A stretch of DNA of 63,053 nt, the filler included, from Stramenopiles sp. TOSAG23-6 (taxonomy: Eukaryota): NCBI GenBank assembly GCA_900128565.1. It is 49 parts of 49 records of this genome, joined end to end, with 100 filler letters (N's around TTAATTAATTAA, not from the genome) between each part and the next. Parts side by side here need not be neighbours in the genome. Positions count along the whole stretch, not along the records: positions 24,900 to 25,964 come from LT639813.1; positions 26,065 to 27,128 come from LT639814.1; positions 27,229 to 28,292 come from LT639815.1; positions 28,393 to 29,456 come from LT639816.1; positions 29,557 to 30,619 come from LT639819.1; positions 30,720 to 31,781 come from LT639820.1; positions 31,882 to 32,943 come from LT639821.1; positions 33,044 to 34,105 come from LT639822.1; 41 more parts are not named here. The stretch is one strand, 5' to 3'. The translations under genes were made by a program, and so were the position numbers. Positions 24,900 through 37,034 of the stretch are shown here, in pieces. Each line of letters starts with the position of its first letter. Within the stretch, counting starts at the first letter, position 1. The notes under the pieces are model-generated. The model searched no databases and had not been told where the DNA came from. It was given only the letters and a program-made list of their open reading frames with translations.

Positions 24900-25592
24900 G
24901 AAGTGAAAAAACGTTTACCTGACTTATTTTTAGTAAACTCCGAAAGTGCGTTTAAAAAAAGTTCAGAATTCATTTCAGTACTTTTTGAAATAATCAAATC
25001 TGGTACTACAATTGATGAATTTGCTGCATTGTATTGTGATTCTAGTGCACTCAGATTCGTAGCCAAATCATCTTTACTCAGCTTGTCTAGTAAAAACACA
25101 TACACTACTGGCTTTTCTTTACCATGGAATAAACCTGCGGCATCGCCAATGGCTGTTGGCTTTTCTGAAACAAATACAGACCCAGCTGTACCCAAATCTT
25201 TGATTGAAAGTGGGACATTGTAGTATTTATTTCTTTGGTTCGATAAGAAGCTAATCAAAAAGTATAATTAAAATGAAAGTATCAAGTGAGTAAGTGTACT
25301 ACCTAAATAAAGAACGGGGAAACAAAAACTTGGGAAAGAAGATTCAAACAAAAACTGGGAAAGAAGATTGTAGGACACATAGGGTCCGTATATAACTGAT
25401 AGAAAGGAAACATGTTTTCTATTTGGATGATCATTATGTAGTATTAAAATCACATTTAACTAAAGGACTTCACAAAATGAATAAAAGTGAACTTACTTTC
25501 CGTCCGACCACATCAACAGTGGTACCGATTTTTCAGCATTTACAAAAGCTACAAAACCTATGATAGAAAGCAAGCAAATCATTGCGGTCATT
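24900..25592 (-). CDS. Signal-peptide protein, V-ATPase Ac45/ATP6AP1-like N-terminus, with canonical introns
   Basis: MTAMICLLSIIGFVAFVNAEKSVPLLMWS then GTAAGT donor; exon structure unresolved. Confidence 0.35.
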
Positions 25593-26064
25593 TTGCTATG
25601 CTGTGTATCTAACAATGATTACTTAGGTAGATAGATATATATCGTTCGCTCGCTCTTACTAACTCTCACAAAGACAATGGTTCTATTAGATCTGGCTGAC
25701 ACAATGATTATTTTTTTTCAATTTTTTGTCGATTTTTTGGCATGAAATTGTGGTCAAAAAAAAATATGTTTAGGTACGAAAAAATGGTACAAAACCACAA
25801 AATTGATTTTGTTGAGAGAATAAAATTATCGTGAACCTCATCATAATTTTTCGACTAAAAAAAAGGTGTGTGCTACAGACTTATTGTAGCCTCGGAAAAG
25901 AGCTAATATCCTAGCTATTATGGAGTTAAGTGAAAAACTAGCAATTACTCTCGAAGCATGGGCTNNNNNNNNNNNNNNNNNNNNNNNNNNNNNNNNNNNN
26001 NNNNNNNNTTAATTAATTAANNNNNNNNNNNNNNNNNNNNNNNNNNNNNNNNNNNNNNNNNNNN

Positions 26065-27128
26065 GGACGATACCGAGGTGGTTGTTGTCCAGACGTCACA
26101 GCAACCTGTGGGTGGAAGGCATCCTCCCACGCGGCGCATCATACTCACAAGAGTCACCAACGCGTCGGAGTTTGACCTCGAGGAACTTGCATCACGTTTC
26201 GGCAGGCTCGAAAGCCTTTCGGTGGACCGCAAAGAGGCCACCGCGACCCTCGTGTTCCTGTCACGTGCAGACGCCGAAGGGTTCATTGCGTTTTATACAG
26301 AAAATGAGTTGATCTTTAACGGACAGTCTATCGGGATCCTGTACGCGCCTTGCCCCCCGCTGTCTCAAGAATTGCAGACCGCACTCGAGGCCGGCGCCAT
26401 GCGCTCGCTCTTCATGTTTGGGTTGCCGAGCGCCACGACCGAGGAACAGGTGGCGCAGGTGTATGGGAGCTTTGGCACGGTCTCTAGTGTGTCGATTAAC
26501 CATGCCAAACGCATCGCTTTCGTCAATTTTCTCAGTCTCGGCGCAGCTGTGGCCGCTCAGAAAGCCATGGACGGCGCCTCTTCCTTTGGAACTCCCGTGC
26601 CTGTTAAATACGCAAAGGAGGAAGGCAAACGCCCAGTTGCCAAACGACCTGGTACGCAACCGCACGGCGCTGCTCCGACTTCCACGCCAGTGTCATCCGC
26701 TGCGCCGGGCGCCTCTGGCTCTACTGGCGGCGGCAATCCCCAAAGGTCTGTGTATCTGGGCAACCTGGACACATCAGCCACTCTGTTTGACGTGTGCTCC
26801 CTCGCAAATCTCTTTGGCATGGTCGAACTGGCTCGCATTGTCCCGCCGAAAAGCTGCGCGTTTATCAATTTTGTGGACCCCGACGCGGCGCGCAAACTCA
26901 TCGCCGAGGCGAAGCGACAGGAAGCAAATAATACGCCGCTCCAGTTTGGCGGCAAGACCGTCAATGTGCGCTGGGCAAAATCTTCGCCAATGTCGGCGTC
27001 TCAACGCCGTGAACTGATGACGGGCGCATCTCGTTGTTTGATCGTCACAGGGTCACCCAGTGCCACACAAGAGGAAGTCGGTCGGACATTTTCACAAGGC
27101 TGTACAGTGGTCAATGTCATCCTGAACC
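26065..27128 (+). CDS. Multi-RRM protein (Nrd1/Mrn1-like) on a GC-rich contig
   Basis: RSVYLGNL, KSCAFINF, IAFVNFLS RNP motifs. Confidence 0.85.
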
Positions 27129-27228
27129 NNNNNNNNNNNNNNNNNNNNNNNNNNNNNNNNNNNNNNNNNNNNTTAATTAATTAANNNNNNNNNNNNNNNN
27201 NNNNNNNNNNNNNNNNNNNNNNNNNNNN

Positions 27229-28292
27229 AAACCACAGAAACCGCTAATGTCCTCGTTACTCATCATAAATCCAGGTTCACTCATAGGTATTATACCATAC
27301 AAACTTTTAGCAAGTCTTTTGTCGTTTTTTATATATTCTGTCAACTTTGTAAAAATAGTTATAAAATTTTCCCTTGAGTTAAATCTCCAAAACTTAGGGT
27401 AAGAAGGGTGTACACCATTAAATGAACCATAACCATCACCCCCAGGATAATTACGAATTTCAAGGAGAGTCTGTATTCCGTAGTTTTCGTATAACGATAT
27501 AATAAAATTTGCAACATCTTTAATATATATAGGACACCAGAATGCCTCTTTGATATGAGGATCTGCAAATAATTTTCTATCATCTTTAGAATATCTAGGA
27601 TAGATTTTTTCTACCGTTTTGTCTGTGTCTTCGTTGTAAGTCTTAAGTGTATAATCATCATCGTATTGAATAGCCCAAGTTATTGGCAGTTTAATTTTCT
27701 CAACATTGTTATCAGCATACAACTTCAACTGATTATTAATATACTTATCATCTTCTAAATCACTTATACCGTCAATTATTGAAGGAAATTTTAGCCTATG
27801 CAGACGAAATATTTCAAATATTTCCTGATCACTGAAATGCAGCTTCAATTTTGCTACTAATGTTACATGTGACGAAAATTTCATTTCCGGGTTGGAGGAC
27901 ACAACATGCGACACTTTTTCACCTAATGTACTACAATCTTTGCAACTCTCAGAAGTTGTAGGAAAAGCTGAATTTTTAGATGAATTTAAAAATAATTTTA
28001 CAGATCCATAGGCTTTTTCCGGACACTTCGAAACTTCAGAAGTATAATCTATGATAGCTTTATCAGTCACTAATTGTGCATCAACCGTTTCTGTATATTC
28101 TCCCTCGCTAAAACATACTTCTTCTATATTATATTTACAACGTAATGTTACATGATGATTATGATTATCATATTTAACAAAGGTATATACAAGGGCAACA
28201 CCTATTATCATAAATATAAGAGTGGCCACTGGAACAAAAATTTCTTTTAAAATACCTTTTTTCTCATGAGGTTGTTCCTTGTCTACGTTTTG
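27229..28292 (-). CDS. Membrane-anchored GH5-like glycoside hydrolase, partial
   Basis: N-terminal TM; KIKLPITW, LLEIRNYPGG, GIIPMSEP resemble GH5 RIP/LDLH/NEP motifs. Confidence 0.55.
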
Positions 28293-28392
28293 NNNNNNNN
28301 NNNNNNNNNNNNNNNNNNNNNNNNNNNNNNNNNNNNTTAATTAATTAANNNNNNNNNNNNNNNNNNNNNNNNNNNNNNNNNNNNNNNNNNNN

Positions 28393-29201
28393 AATACAAG
28401 TGATAAAGATGTTTGTTTTCATCATGAATTTTTTATCTATTTTTTTTTCGTATGAAATTTCGAACCTAACAAAAACAATTTTGAAATATTTTTTCACAAT
28501 ATATGTTGTTTTTAGTGGAGAACTTTTATACACTCGTAGTGGTTCAATTAATAAATATAGTAACAATAACAATGGTGCAACATGGAAAATGAATCTTGAT
28601 GAAAGTAAAGGAGGTTGGAATGCTGGGGGAGGGTTATTGTTGAGCAAAGGTCAAATTATGAAACGAACGGCTGCGGCTGCTGCTGCATGCATCTATTGCC
28701 AACTTGAATGGATCTTGTGCTGCTGTTTTTGAGTTGCGTCCAAAAGCCGTTGTAGAATTGGCCATTTCTTTTAGTGCACCACGTTGGATGCCTCCCAGTG
28801 TACTTTTAGCATCAAAGCGTGTAATAGATTTAAATCCAAAACATGATTCTGTATTAGTTCTTCATGCTGATGTTGATCAAAATCTCGCTGGAAATGTTGC
28901 TCGAAGTGGAAGAAATTCACAAAAATGCAAGATAGGAAATCACAATTCTCGGGATAAACCAAAATGTACAATGACACTCAATCTATCTGCTCTTGTAGGT
29001 TTTCCGCAATCACCAAAGGAAACACTTAGTCTTGAGAACAAACCCAGGAATATCGTTGACAAGTATGAAAATGTTGTAGCTGAACTTGGTGTACAAAATC
29101 CAGAAAAACATGAAAAAAGAGTGGTAGATCCTGAATCAAGAACACATGGAATAACTAACCAAGAAGTTTCAGGCATACCTGATATTGACGAAAGAGCGTA
29201 A
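28393..29201 (+). CDS. Hypothetical protein C-terminus (frameshift near 28688)
   Basis: Continuous frame after element removal and +1 shift. Confidence 0.45.
28411..28504 (+). mobile_element. Element intron, GT-AT, 94 nt
   Basis: GAT|GTTTGT..CACAATATAT|GTT. Confidence 0.75.
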
Positions 29202-29556
29202 AAAAGTTAAAAAGTTTTTAAAAAATACAACATGAATTAAAATTTACTTTTTTTTTATTTTGACTTAAAACAAAGAAAATCCTAAACTTAAAAATAAAAG
29301 TAAAAACGTAGGTTGACATACTGATGATATTGCACAAAGTGAAACTCCCTTCTTGGATGGATCATCAGAGTATGCATCAGCGAAACAGGGACACGCCTCG
29401 AGAAATTCCTTTTTATCTTCTTCAAAACGTTGTTTAAAATTTCTATGAGCGACAGTNNNNNNNNNNNNNNNNNNNNNNNNNNNNNNNNNNNNNNNNNNNN
29501 TTAATTAATTAANNNNNNNNNNNNNNNNNNNNNNNNNNNNNNNNNNNNNNNNNNNN

Positions 29557-30619
29557 GTGAGCTTGATCCAATTCTTCCTTGAGAGTATTGATTGTTTGAT
29601 GTGCTTCTGTAATTTGCTTTAAAAGATTTTCTTGCAAACACTTATACTGACGTGTCATGTTTCTTGTTATTTCGTGTTTTCCTTGTTTTTCTTCATGAAA
29701 TTCAGCATGTTTTTCTTTCAATTTATGTTCATATGCTCGCTTTTCAGAAATCGCACGGTGTGCATATTCTCGCTGTCTTGCTAATTCCCTTTCTAATGTC
29801 ATCTTTTGAAACCTCAGAAGATCAAGTTCATCACTCGGAGTTATTTCTCCAGGTTCCGCCGCAGCTTTTTTTGCTTTCCCTCCTTTTTTCTTACCCATTG
29901 TGCTATAAACTATTGTAGCACACTTTATAAAATATGTTTCTCTGAAGAAGCTTTTTTCAAGACTTTGTTTGGTGATTGTAACGGGTTCGTTATGTAACCG
30001 ATTTGATTTTGTCAATTTTGACACGAAAAAATCGAATATTTTAAATTGCTTGAAAATTTCATGAAATTTTCAAGCAATTTAAAATATTCGATTTTTTCGT
30101 GTCAAAATTGACAAAATCAAATCGGTTACATAACGAACCCGTTACAATCACCAAACAAAGTCTTGAAAAAAGCTTCTTCAGAGAAACATATTTTATAAAG
30201 TGTGCTACAGTCTTTACTTACACCAGCTTCCACTATAACAAATACGTTATTTGTATTTAGGCATAGTTTATAGCACAATGGGTAAGAAAAAAGGAGGGAA
30301 AGCAAAAAAAGCTGCGGCGGAACCTGGAGAAATAACTCCGAGTGATGAACTTGATCTTCTGAGGTTTCAAAAGATGACATTAGAAAGGGAATTAGCAAGA
30401 CAGCGAGAATATGCACACCGTGCGATTTCTGAAAAGCGAGCATATGAACATAAATTGAAAGAAAAACATGCTGAATTTCATGAAGAAAAACAAGGAAAAC
30501 ACGAAATAACAAGAAACATGACACGTCAGTATAAGTGTTTGCAAGAAAATCTTTTAAAGCAAATTACAGAAGCACATCAAACAATCAATACTCTCAAGGA
30601 AGAATTGGATCAAGCTCAC
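29557..30619. repeat. Whole-contig inverted repeat centred at 30061/30062
   Basis: Arms are reverse complements apart from a 53-nt indel. Confidence 0.95.
30278..30619 (+). CDS. CCDC153: CCDC153/DRC12-like flagellar coiled-coil protein (mirror copy at 29557-29898)
   Basis: MGKKKGGKAKK..ITRNMTRQYKCLQENL. Confidence 0.65.
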
Positions 30620-30719
30620 NNNNNNNNNNNNNNNNNNNNNNNNNNNNNNNNNNNNNNNNNNNNTTAATTAATTAANNNNNNNNNNNNNNNNNNNNNNNNN
30701 NNNNNNNNNNNNNNNNNNN

Positions 30720-31781
30720 TATTATAATATGTACAATAGAATATTACATGATATATCTACAATACAATATTATTCATAATGTAATGTAAATATAATGTAA
30801 AATGTAATAATTTGTAATAAATGGGAATAATTTGTAATAATTTGTGATGTAATGTAAAATGTAGTGTAAAATGTAGTGTAAAATGTAGTGTAAAATGTAA
30901 TGTAAGTACAAACTCTAATAATTTACTTGCTAGATAAATACAAATATTACAAAACACTTGTGTAATTAAATGCAACTTAATATTTCAAATGTAAACATTA
31001 CTAAACACAACCTGTGAATGCTAACCACAACTCAATCTAGGGTGAAAAATACAAAATATTTCAACACTCTAACCTGAACTTGATCTAGGGTGAAAAATAA
31101 CCTGAACTTGAGCTAGTGCTTTTTCCTTGCTAGATAAATAATAATATTACAAAACGCTTGCGTTTTGTGAATGATGTTTTGTACAAAATGCTTGCATTTT
31201 GTGAATGATGTTTTGTACAAGAACATGTTTTGTACTAAATGTACATTGCAAATGAACTTCACTATGTACAAACACATGGTTACAATGTTGTATTTTTTTA
31301 TGTTGTTTTTCAAAATCAAAATGGACAGTTACAGGTATGTGATTAATGTCCTCCGGACGGGCTGCTCGCCGCAGGGGCTGTGAAGATACTGTGTATCTTC
31401 ACTATGTACAGACACTTGGTGGCACAGAGTAAAAATGATTAGAAGAAAATGACAAAAAAATATTTCAACACTCTAACCTGAACTTGATCTAGGGTGGCTA
31501 ACCTGAACTTGAGCTAGTGCTTTTTCCTCGCTAGATAAATATTATTATTACAAAACGCTTGCGTTTTGTGAATGACGTTTTGTACAAAATAAAAATTTCA
31601 ACACTCTAACCTGAACTTGATCTAGTGCTTTTTCCTCGCTAGATAAATAATAATATTACAAAATAATAATATATTATTATTACAAAATAATAATGTTTTG
31701 TACAAAAACAAAATTTCAACACTCTAACCTGAACTTGATCTAGTGCTTTTTCCTCGCTAGATAAATAATAATATTACAAAA
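30720..31781. repeat. Non-coding mosaic repeat region
   Basis: 12-nt TGTAGTGTAAAA tandems; ATTTCAACACTCTAACCTGAACTTGATCTAG x4; CTAGTGCTTTTTCCT(C/T)GCTAGATAAATA x4. Confidence 0.85.
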
Positions 31782-31937
31782 NNNNNNNNNNNNNNNNNNN
31801 NNNNNNNNNNNNNNNNNNNNNNNNNTTAATTAATTAANNNNNNNNNNNNNNNNNNNNNNNNNNNNNNNNNNNNNNNNNNNNTACAAAATTTCGTACGAAA
31901 AAAAAATTTAGGTAAAAAATTCATAATGAAAACGTAC

Positions 31938-32943
31938 AGACATCGAAACGTTCCACTTGAAGGCTCCACAGGTTTATAGCCAGTAGTATCCTTAGAAGAT
32001 GACAAATGACCGTTCAGTTGATTATGACCATTTAAGTGATTCCTTCGTTTTATTTGATTTTGGATATAGGAAATACCTTTGGCAAGCGCATCATTTACTT
32101 CAGTTGTCTGAGTAATTCTCAGAGCTACAGAATCATTCTTCGGTAATCTTGTGACATTAAATAGCAAGCGAAACTTTTCCAATAAGGCTAAAAGCCCTCC
32201 ATGATAAAGGCTTTTAAGGAATGACCAGGTTTACTGGCTAGCATAGAACAGGATGCATGTGCGACGGCAGAGGATGCGTTTAGGTTTGAATTCGCATTAA
32301 TATTAAGATTTTTATTGTTACTGGACATTTGTTTTTTCATTTGTAATGAAGAATTATTCGCATTAGAATTTAACATAGTGTTTCGATTGAAATTATTATC
32401 TTCGGTAAAGTTCATAGATCCAATAGTAGTACTATTAGATGCGTTGGACTTTTGTTTTGTAGAGATGTGGTTGAAAGGAGAATTATTCTCCAAAACAAAA
32501 ATTCCAGGAAACTTTGAGAGAAGAGGAGACAAACCACCAAAGCGATTCTTAATACTCCGATACCACGTATTATTCGAGCTTGCAAGAGCACTACCAAGGT
32601 TAGCACCAATGACTCTACCTCCATTAAGGTTAATTATTTTTTCAATCCATGCGACAATTTGATAAATATTCTGTGGATTTTGCGGATTATTCAAATTTGT
32701 AAAACCAGACACGTTTTTTGTTTGGTTAGATGTAGATGTTTGTTGTTGCATTAACTGTTGTTGCTGTTGTACTACATAATATTGATTTGCAAGTTTCTGT
32801 TGTGTCAACTGTTGTTGCTTCTGTTGTGTCAACTGTTGTTGCTTCTGTGCCTTTCGTTTCTGATCTTCAATAAGCTGCGATATTTGTTGTTGGTTTCCAT
32901 AGAGGTTCATACTGTTTCTTGTTTGTGAATTATCACCTCCAGT
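31938..32943 (-). CDS. Q/N-rich protein with two OST-HTH/LOTUS-like domains
   Basis: YRSIKNRFGGLSPLLSKFPGIF and (Y)HGGLLALLEKFRLLF; homopolymer frameshift near 32207. Confidence 0.6.
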
Positions 32944-33045
32944 NNNNNNNNNNNNNNNNNNNNNNNNNNNNNNNNNNNNNNNNNNNNTTAATTAATTAAN
33001 NNNNNNNNNNNNNNNNNNNNNNNNNNNNNNNNNNNNNNNNNNNAA

Positions 33046-33177
33046 GTACAGAAAAAGATTATGCTAGAGAGGTTCCAAGAAGAACACCCTGGATTTGACT
33101 TTTCTGGTGCAGAGTTTAATGGTGCCGCCCCAGATCCAAGAAAATTTATGGGTGGCGTCAGTAGTTTAAAAAGATAA
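33046..33177 (+). CDS. NUDCD2: NudC domain-containing protein 2, C-terminus
   Basis: [34 protein letters not shown]. Confidence 0.85.
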   Translation, partial: VQKKIMLERFQEEHPGFDFSGAEFNGAAPDPRKFMGGVSSLKR

Positions 33178-33313
33178 AAAAGTAGATAATTTTCCAAATG
33201 AACGTTCTTTTTTTTTGAGTATCTTCTGTACATTTTCATCATTCTTTAAGGTTATGAAACATTTTTTATTTTTTTTGTTTCGTAGATAATTTTGATTAAT
33301 ACCATTGAGTATT

Positions 33314-34002
33314 TTATTGTGAATTGCATTCTACATCACTGTGTACCACTGAAGCATTATCTCTTACCTTAGTTCTAATTTCTTCTATTTCTGCATGTGA
33401 GAAAGTCTTTAAACGTCTATCGTTATAAACAAGTTCAATTTCATACTCATTCGTATCTTGATAAAAGTAATGTATTGCGAAAAAATATTTTTTTTTATGT
33501 AAAATAATTTTTGTTAGGTACAAATTTTTCATAGTTAAAAAAAAAATTGAAATTCATAGTGAAAACTTATATGCTCGAGAGCAACGTATGACGCATAAGG
33601 TACCCAAGTTCCATCCCATTCATGTTTCAATAAAGCTGTTAGTAGAGGCATTATTGTAATGTCATGGCCACGTACTGTGAAAAAATATATTTTTTGTAAA
33701 ATTTGTTAGGTACAAAATTTCGTATGAAAAAAATAGTTTAAAAAAAAAAAGTTTTAAAAAAAAAAAAAGTTTTAAAAAAAGAAAATTACACTGTACCAAA
33801 ATATACTTTTTTCAGTTTCTTCACTCATAATGTTGATAGAATTTTGTACTAACTCATCAAGCATATCACCAATAGCAAAATTTAACAAAATTGGATCTTT
33901 ATAATACATACCAAAGCGCCATTGCAGCAGCTCATTTACTGGATTCACATATGTTGCTAATAATTCAGTAGGTAGTGAGACTTTTGTTTCATCATAACAT
34001 CC
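33314..34002 (-). CDS. Histidine acid phosphatase C-terminal part, 3 exons
   Basis: WYSGHDITIMPLLTAL, WVPYASYVALEHY after element removal. Confidence 0.85.
33470..33570 (-). mobile_element. Element intron with AT donor (AT-AT), 101 nt
   Basis: CAT|ATAAGTTTT..CGCAATACAT|TAC. Confidence 0.7.
33670..33789 (-). mobile_element. Element intron with GT duplicated at both junctions, 120 nt
   Basis: AGT|GTAATT..CACAGTACGT|GGC restores YSGHD. Confidence 0.75.
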
Positions 34003-34260
34003 CTGTAGTTTGAAAAAATATTTTTTTTTTTGGATAAAAAACATTTGTTAGGTACAAAATTTCGTATGAAAAAAAATTAGATAAAAAATTAGATAAAAAA
34101 TCGAANNNNNNNNNNNNNNNNNNNNNNNNNNNNNNNNNNNNNNNNNNNNTTAATTAATTAANNNNNNNNNNNNNNNNNNNNNNNNNNNNNNNNNNNNNNN
34201 NNNNNTTTTTTTTTTTTGAAACTAAAAAAAAAAAATTTGAAATATTTTTCCAAAATACAT

Positions 34261-35106
34261 GAACCTTTGAATGGTGGACATCCTGTGCTAAAATGGTACA
34301 AAGTTCAGCCTGCGAAGAGAGGCCAGAAACCAAAAGGAATGATGAAATTGGCTGATGTTACGATACAACGAGCGGATGAATTTAATCGAGATGAAGAAGT
34401 TCATGTACGTTGTTATGAGTACTATGACAATATTTTTTTTTTTTTTTTTCAAACTTCAAATTTTTTTTCATACGAAATTTTGTACCTAACCAAAAAAAAA
34501 TCCAAGAAAAATTAATTTTTTTTTTAAATATTTTTGTACAATTTAGGATGGGAATACAAAGAAGCATATCACTTCAAAATGTTTTCGAATTGTATCACCT
34601 GATAAATCAAAATGTTATTTAATAAATATACACCCATTAATGATCCCAAGTCAAAATGCATATAGGTTTTAGCTTTTTTCAAATTCGATTTTTTTTTTAT
34701 AGTAAATTTCGTACCTAACAATTTTTTTTAGATTTTTTTTGAAATATTTTTCCAAAATGCATTACTTGAAAGAGATGATTGGATGCATAAAATCGAAGAA
34801 GCTGCTGCACAATATGAAACTGACGTAAGTTTTTTTTTTTCATACGAAATTTTGTACCTAAGCCAAAAAAAAAAAAAATTAAATCTAAGAAAAAAAAATA
34901 TTTTAGAAAAAAATATTTTCACACAACATATGATCATGATGTAAAAATTGCACAAAAAAACTCAACTCAAAAGAGCACAGAACGTCTATCCCAACGTCTA
35001 GATATCGTTGTAGGGTTAGGGTTACAAGATCGACTTCGTCCAAGAGAGAAACAAATTATATGGCAAAGTCGACACGTATTTTTTCATACGAAATTTTGTA
35101 CCTAAC

Positions 35107-35144
<38 letters not shown>

Positions 35145-35267
35145 TTAAAAAAAAAAATTTAGCTAATTGTGTATACTATATATACTATTTATATCTTGAC
35201 AACAAAGCGTTTGGTTACTCAGTCCGCTGCATTACCTAAATTTATTGAGTCCGTTGATTGGATTAAN
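34261..35267 (+). CDS. PH-domain phosphoinositide 3-kinase (helical domain), with 5 element introns
   Basis: LKWYKV..PKGMMKL (PH), DDWMHKIE, EKQIIWQSR, ALPKFIESVDW. Confidence 0.75.
34825..34931 (+). mobile_element. Element intron, GT-AT without flank duplication
   Basis: GAC|GTAAGT..ACAACATAT|GAT. Confidence 0.7.
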
Positions 35268-35410
35268 NNNNNNNNNNNNNNNNNNNNNNNNNNNNNNNNN
35301 NNNNNNNNNNTTAATTAATTAANNNNNNNNNNNNNNNNNNNNNNNNNNNNNNNNNNNNNNNNNNNNATAAAAATAAAAAGAATTTCTAAAAATAGATACA
35401 ACAAATACAT

Positions 35411-36427
35411 TTAAAATTCATGATTATCAAGTATGTATTGTGCTCCACTATTACCTGCATTAGCAGATTTAGTATACCACTTGAAAGCTTCTTTTTTGTC
35501 TTGAGCTACACCATGACCATAAAAATAGCATTCACCAAGAAGATATTGTCCTTCGCTATCACCAGCATTAGCAGATTTAGTAAACCACTTAAACGCTTCT
35601 TTTTTGTCTACAGCAACACCATGACCATTAAAATAACAATGACCAAGTTCAAATTGTCCTTCACTATTTCCTGCATTTGCAGATTTAGTATACCACTTGA
35701 AAGCTTCTTTTTTGTCTCTATCAACACCCCAACCATTAAAATAACATAAACCAATTTCACTTTGAGCATAACCATAATCACTATTATCCATATACATCTC
35801 AAATGCTTTTTTCTTATCCTTTTTATAACCATTCCAACCCCAATATGTACAACGTGCAATAGCCATTGGAAAACCAGCAATAGCTGCAGATTCAATCATT
35901 AGTTGTCCATTCTCTTTATCAATTTTCTGAAAGTCATTGCCATTAATTTTTGCTAAACCAAGTTCATATAAATTCTGTGCACCCTTAGTTTCAATCTTTT
36001 GACGTTTTACTGCACTATTAGATGACGATGAACTCAATTTTCGTTTTTTTCCACAACTATTATTATTAGATACAGCATGTGGTATATTCTCATCAAGCAC
36101 TTCATCAATCGGTTCTAAGGCTGCAGATAGTCTTACTTCCTCTTCTTTAAATGATTTTGTCAACTTCTTTAAACCATTCAAACGATCAGTCTGCTCTTTT
36201 TGTGCTTCAACAGCTTCCTCATATATTTCTTCAGCATCTTCAATAGCTTCCTCTACTTTTTCCATATTTGTTTTTGCAGCTTCAAGTCGTTTCTTTGCAG
36301 CTAATAATTTCTTCTTTGCCTTTTCAAATGTAGTTTTAGCATTGTTTATTGCATTGTTTTTTTCCCCCTCTTCCTCTTTTATCTTGCCTTCTAAAACAAC
36401 AACGGATTCTTCATTGACTTTTCTCAT
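35411..36427 (-). CDS. Sel1-like repeat protein with coiled coil
   Basis: Three near-identical 36-aa repeats G.CYF.G.GV..DKKEAFKWYTKSANAG. Confidence 0.9.
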   Translation of the reverse strand: MRKVNEESVVVLEGKIKEEEGEKNNAINNAKTTFEKAKKKLLAAKKRLEAAKTNMEKVEEAIEDAEEIYEEAVEAQKEQTDRLNGLKKLTKSFKEEEVRLSAALEPIDEVLDENIPHAVSNNNSCGKKRKLSSSSSNSAVKRQKIETKGAQNLYELGLAKINGNDFQKIDKENGQLMIESAAIAGFPMAIARCTYWGWNGYKKDKKKAFEMYMDNSDYGYAQSEIGLCYFNGWGVDRDKKEAFKWYTKSANAGNSEGQFELGHCYFNGHGVAVDKKEAFKWFTKSANAGDSEGQYLLGECYFYGHGVAQDKKEAFKWYTKSANAGNSGAQYILDNHEF

Positions 36428-36527
36428 NNNNNNNNNNNNNNNNNNNNNNNNNNNNNNNNNNNNNNNNNNNNTTAATTAATTAANNNNNNNNNNNNNNNNN
36501 NNNNNNNNNNNNNNNNNNNNNNNNNNN

Positions 36528-36875
36528 AATGATGGAACTAATGCAATGGTTTGTATTGATGATGATATCTTATCGATTCCTTCATACCCAAATGGCACGA
36601 TGACTTTACATGAACTGACAGGATTATTACGTGAAGTAGAGACGATGCATTCAGAATCTTTAGTACTAAAGGAAACTATTGCAAAAGATATTCTGCGCCA
36701 CAAACCTGCGTCGACTGTTGCAGGTAGCAAATCCCATGCAGTATTAACCACACTTGTTGCATCATGGGTTACCCAACCCTATATTCAGGACGAAAGATTA
36801 AGTATAATTGATGCCATTGTTGATAATGAAGTGAAAAGGCCTGGCGACTTACAACATTTGAAACCTAAAAATTAA
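36528..36875 (+). CDS. Hypothetical protein C-terminus
   Basis: ORF with coding-like composition. Confidence 0.5.
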   Translation, partial: NDGTNAMVCIDDDILSIPSYPNGTMTLHELTGLLREVETMHSESLVLKETIAKDILRHKPASTVAGSKSHAVLTTLVASWVTQPYIQDERLSIIDAIVDNEVKRPGDLQHLKPKN

Positions 36876-37034
36876 AAAAAATGTTTTATGATCAACTAAT
36901 TTCTTTCAACTTTATTATTATTATTATTACGTTGGTTATCGTACAGACAAATTTCTCTAATTTTCCTACCACACAAAAAATCAGATAATATAAAAACACG
37001 TTTTATGATCAACTAATTTCTTTTATTATCCAAA

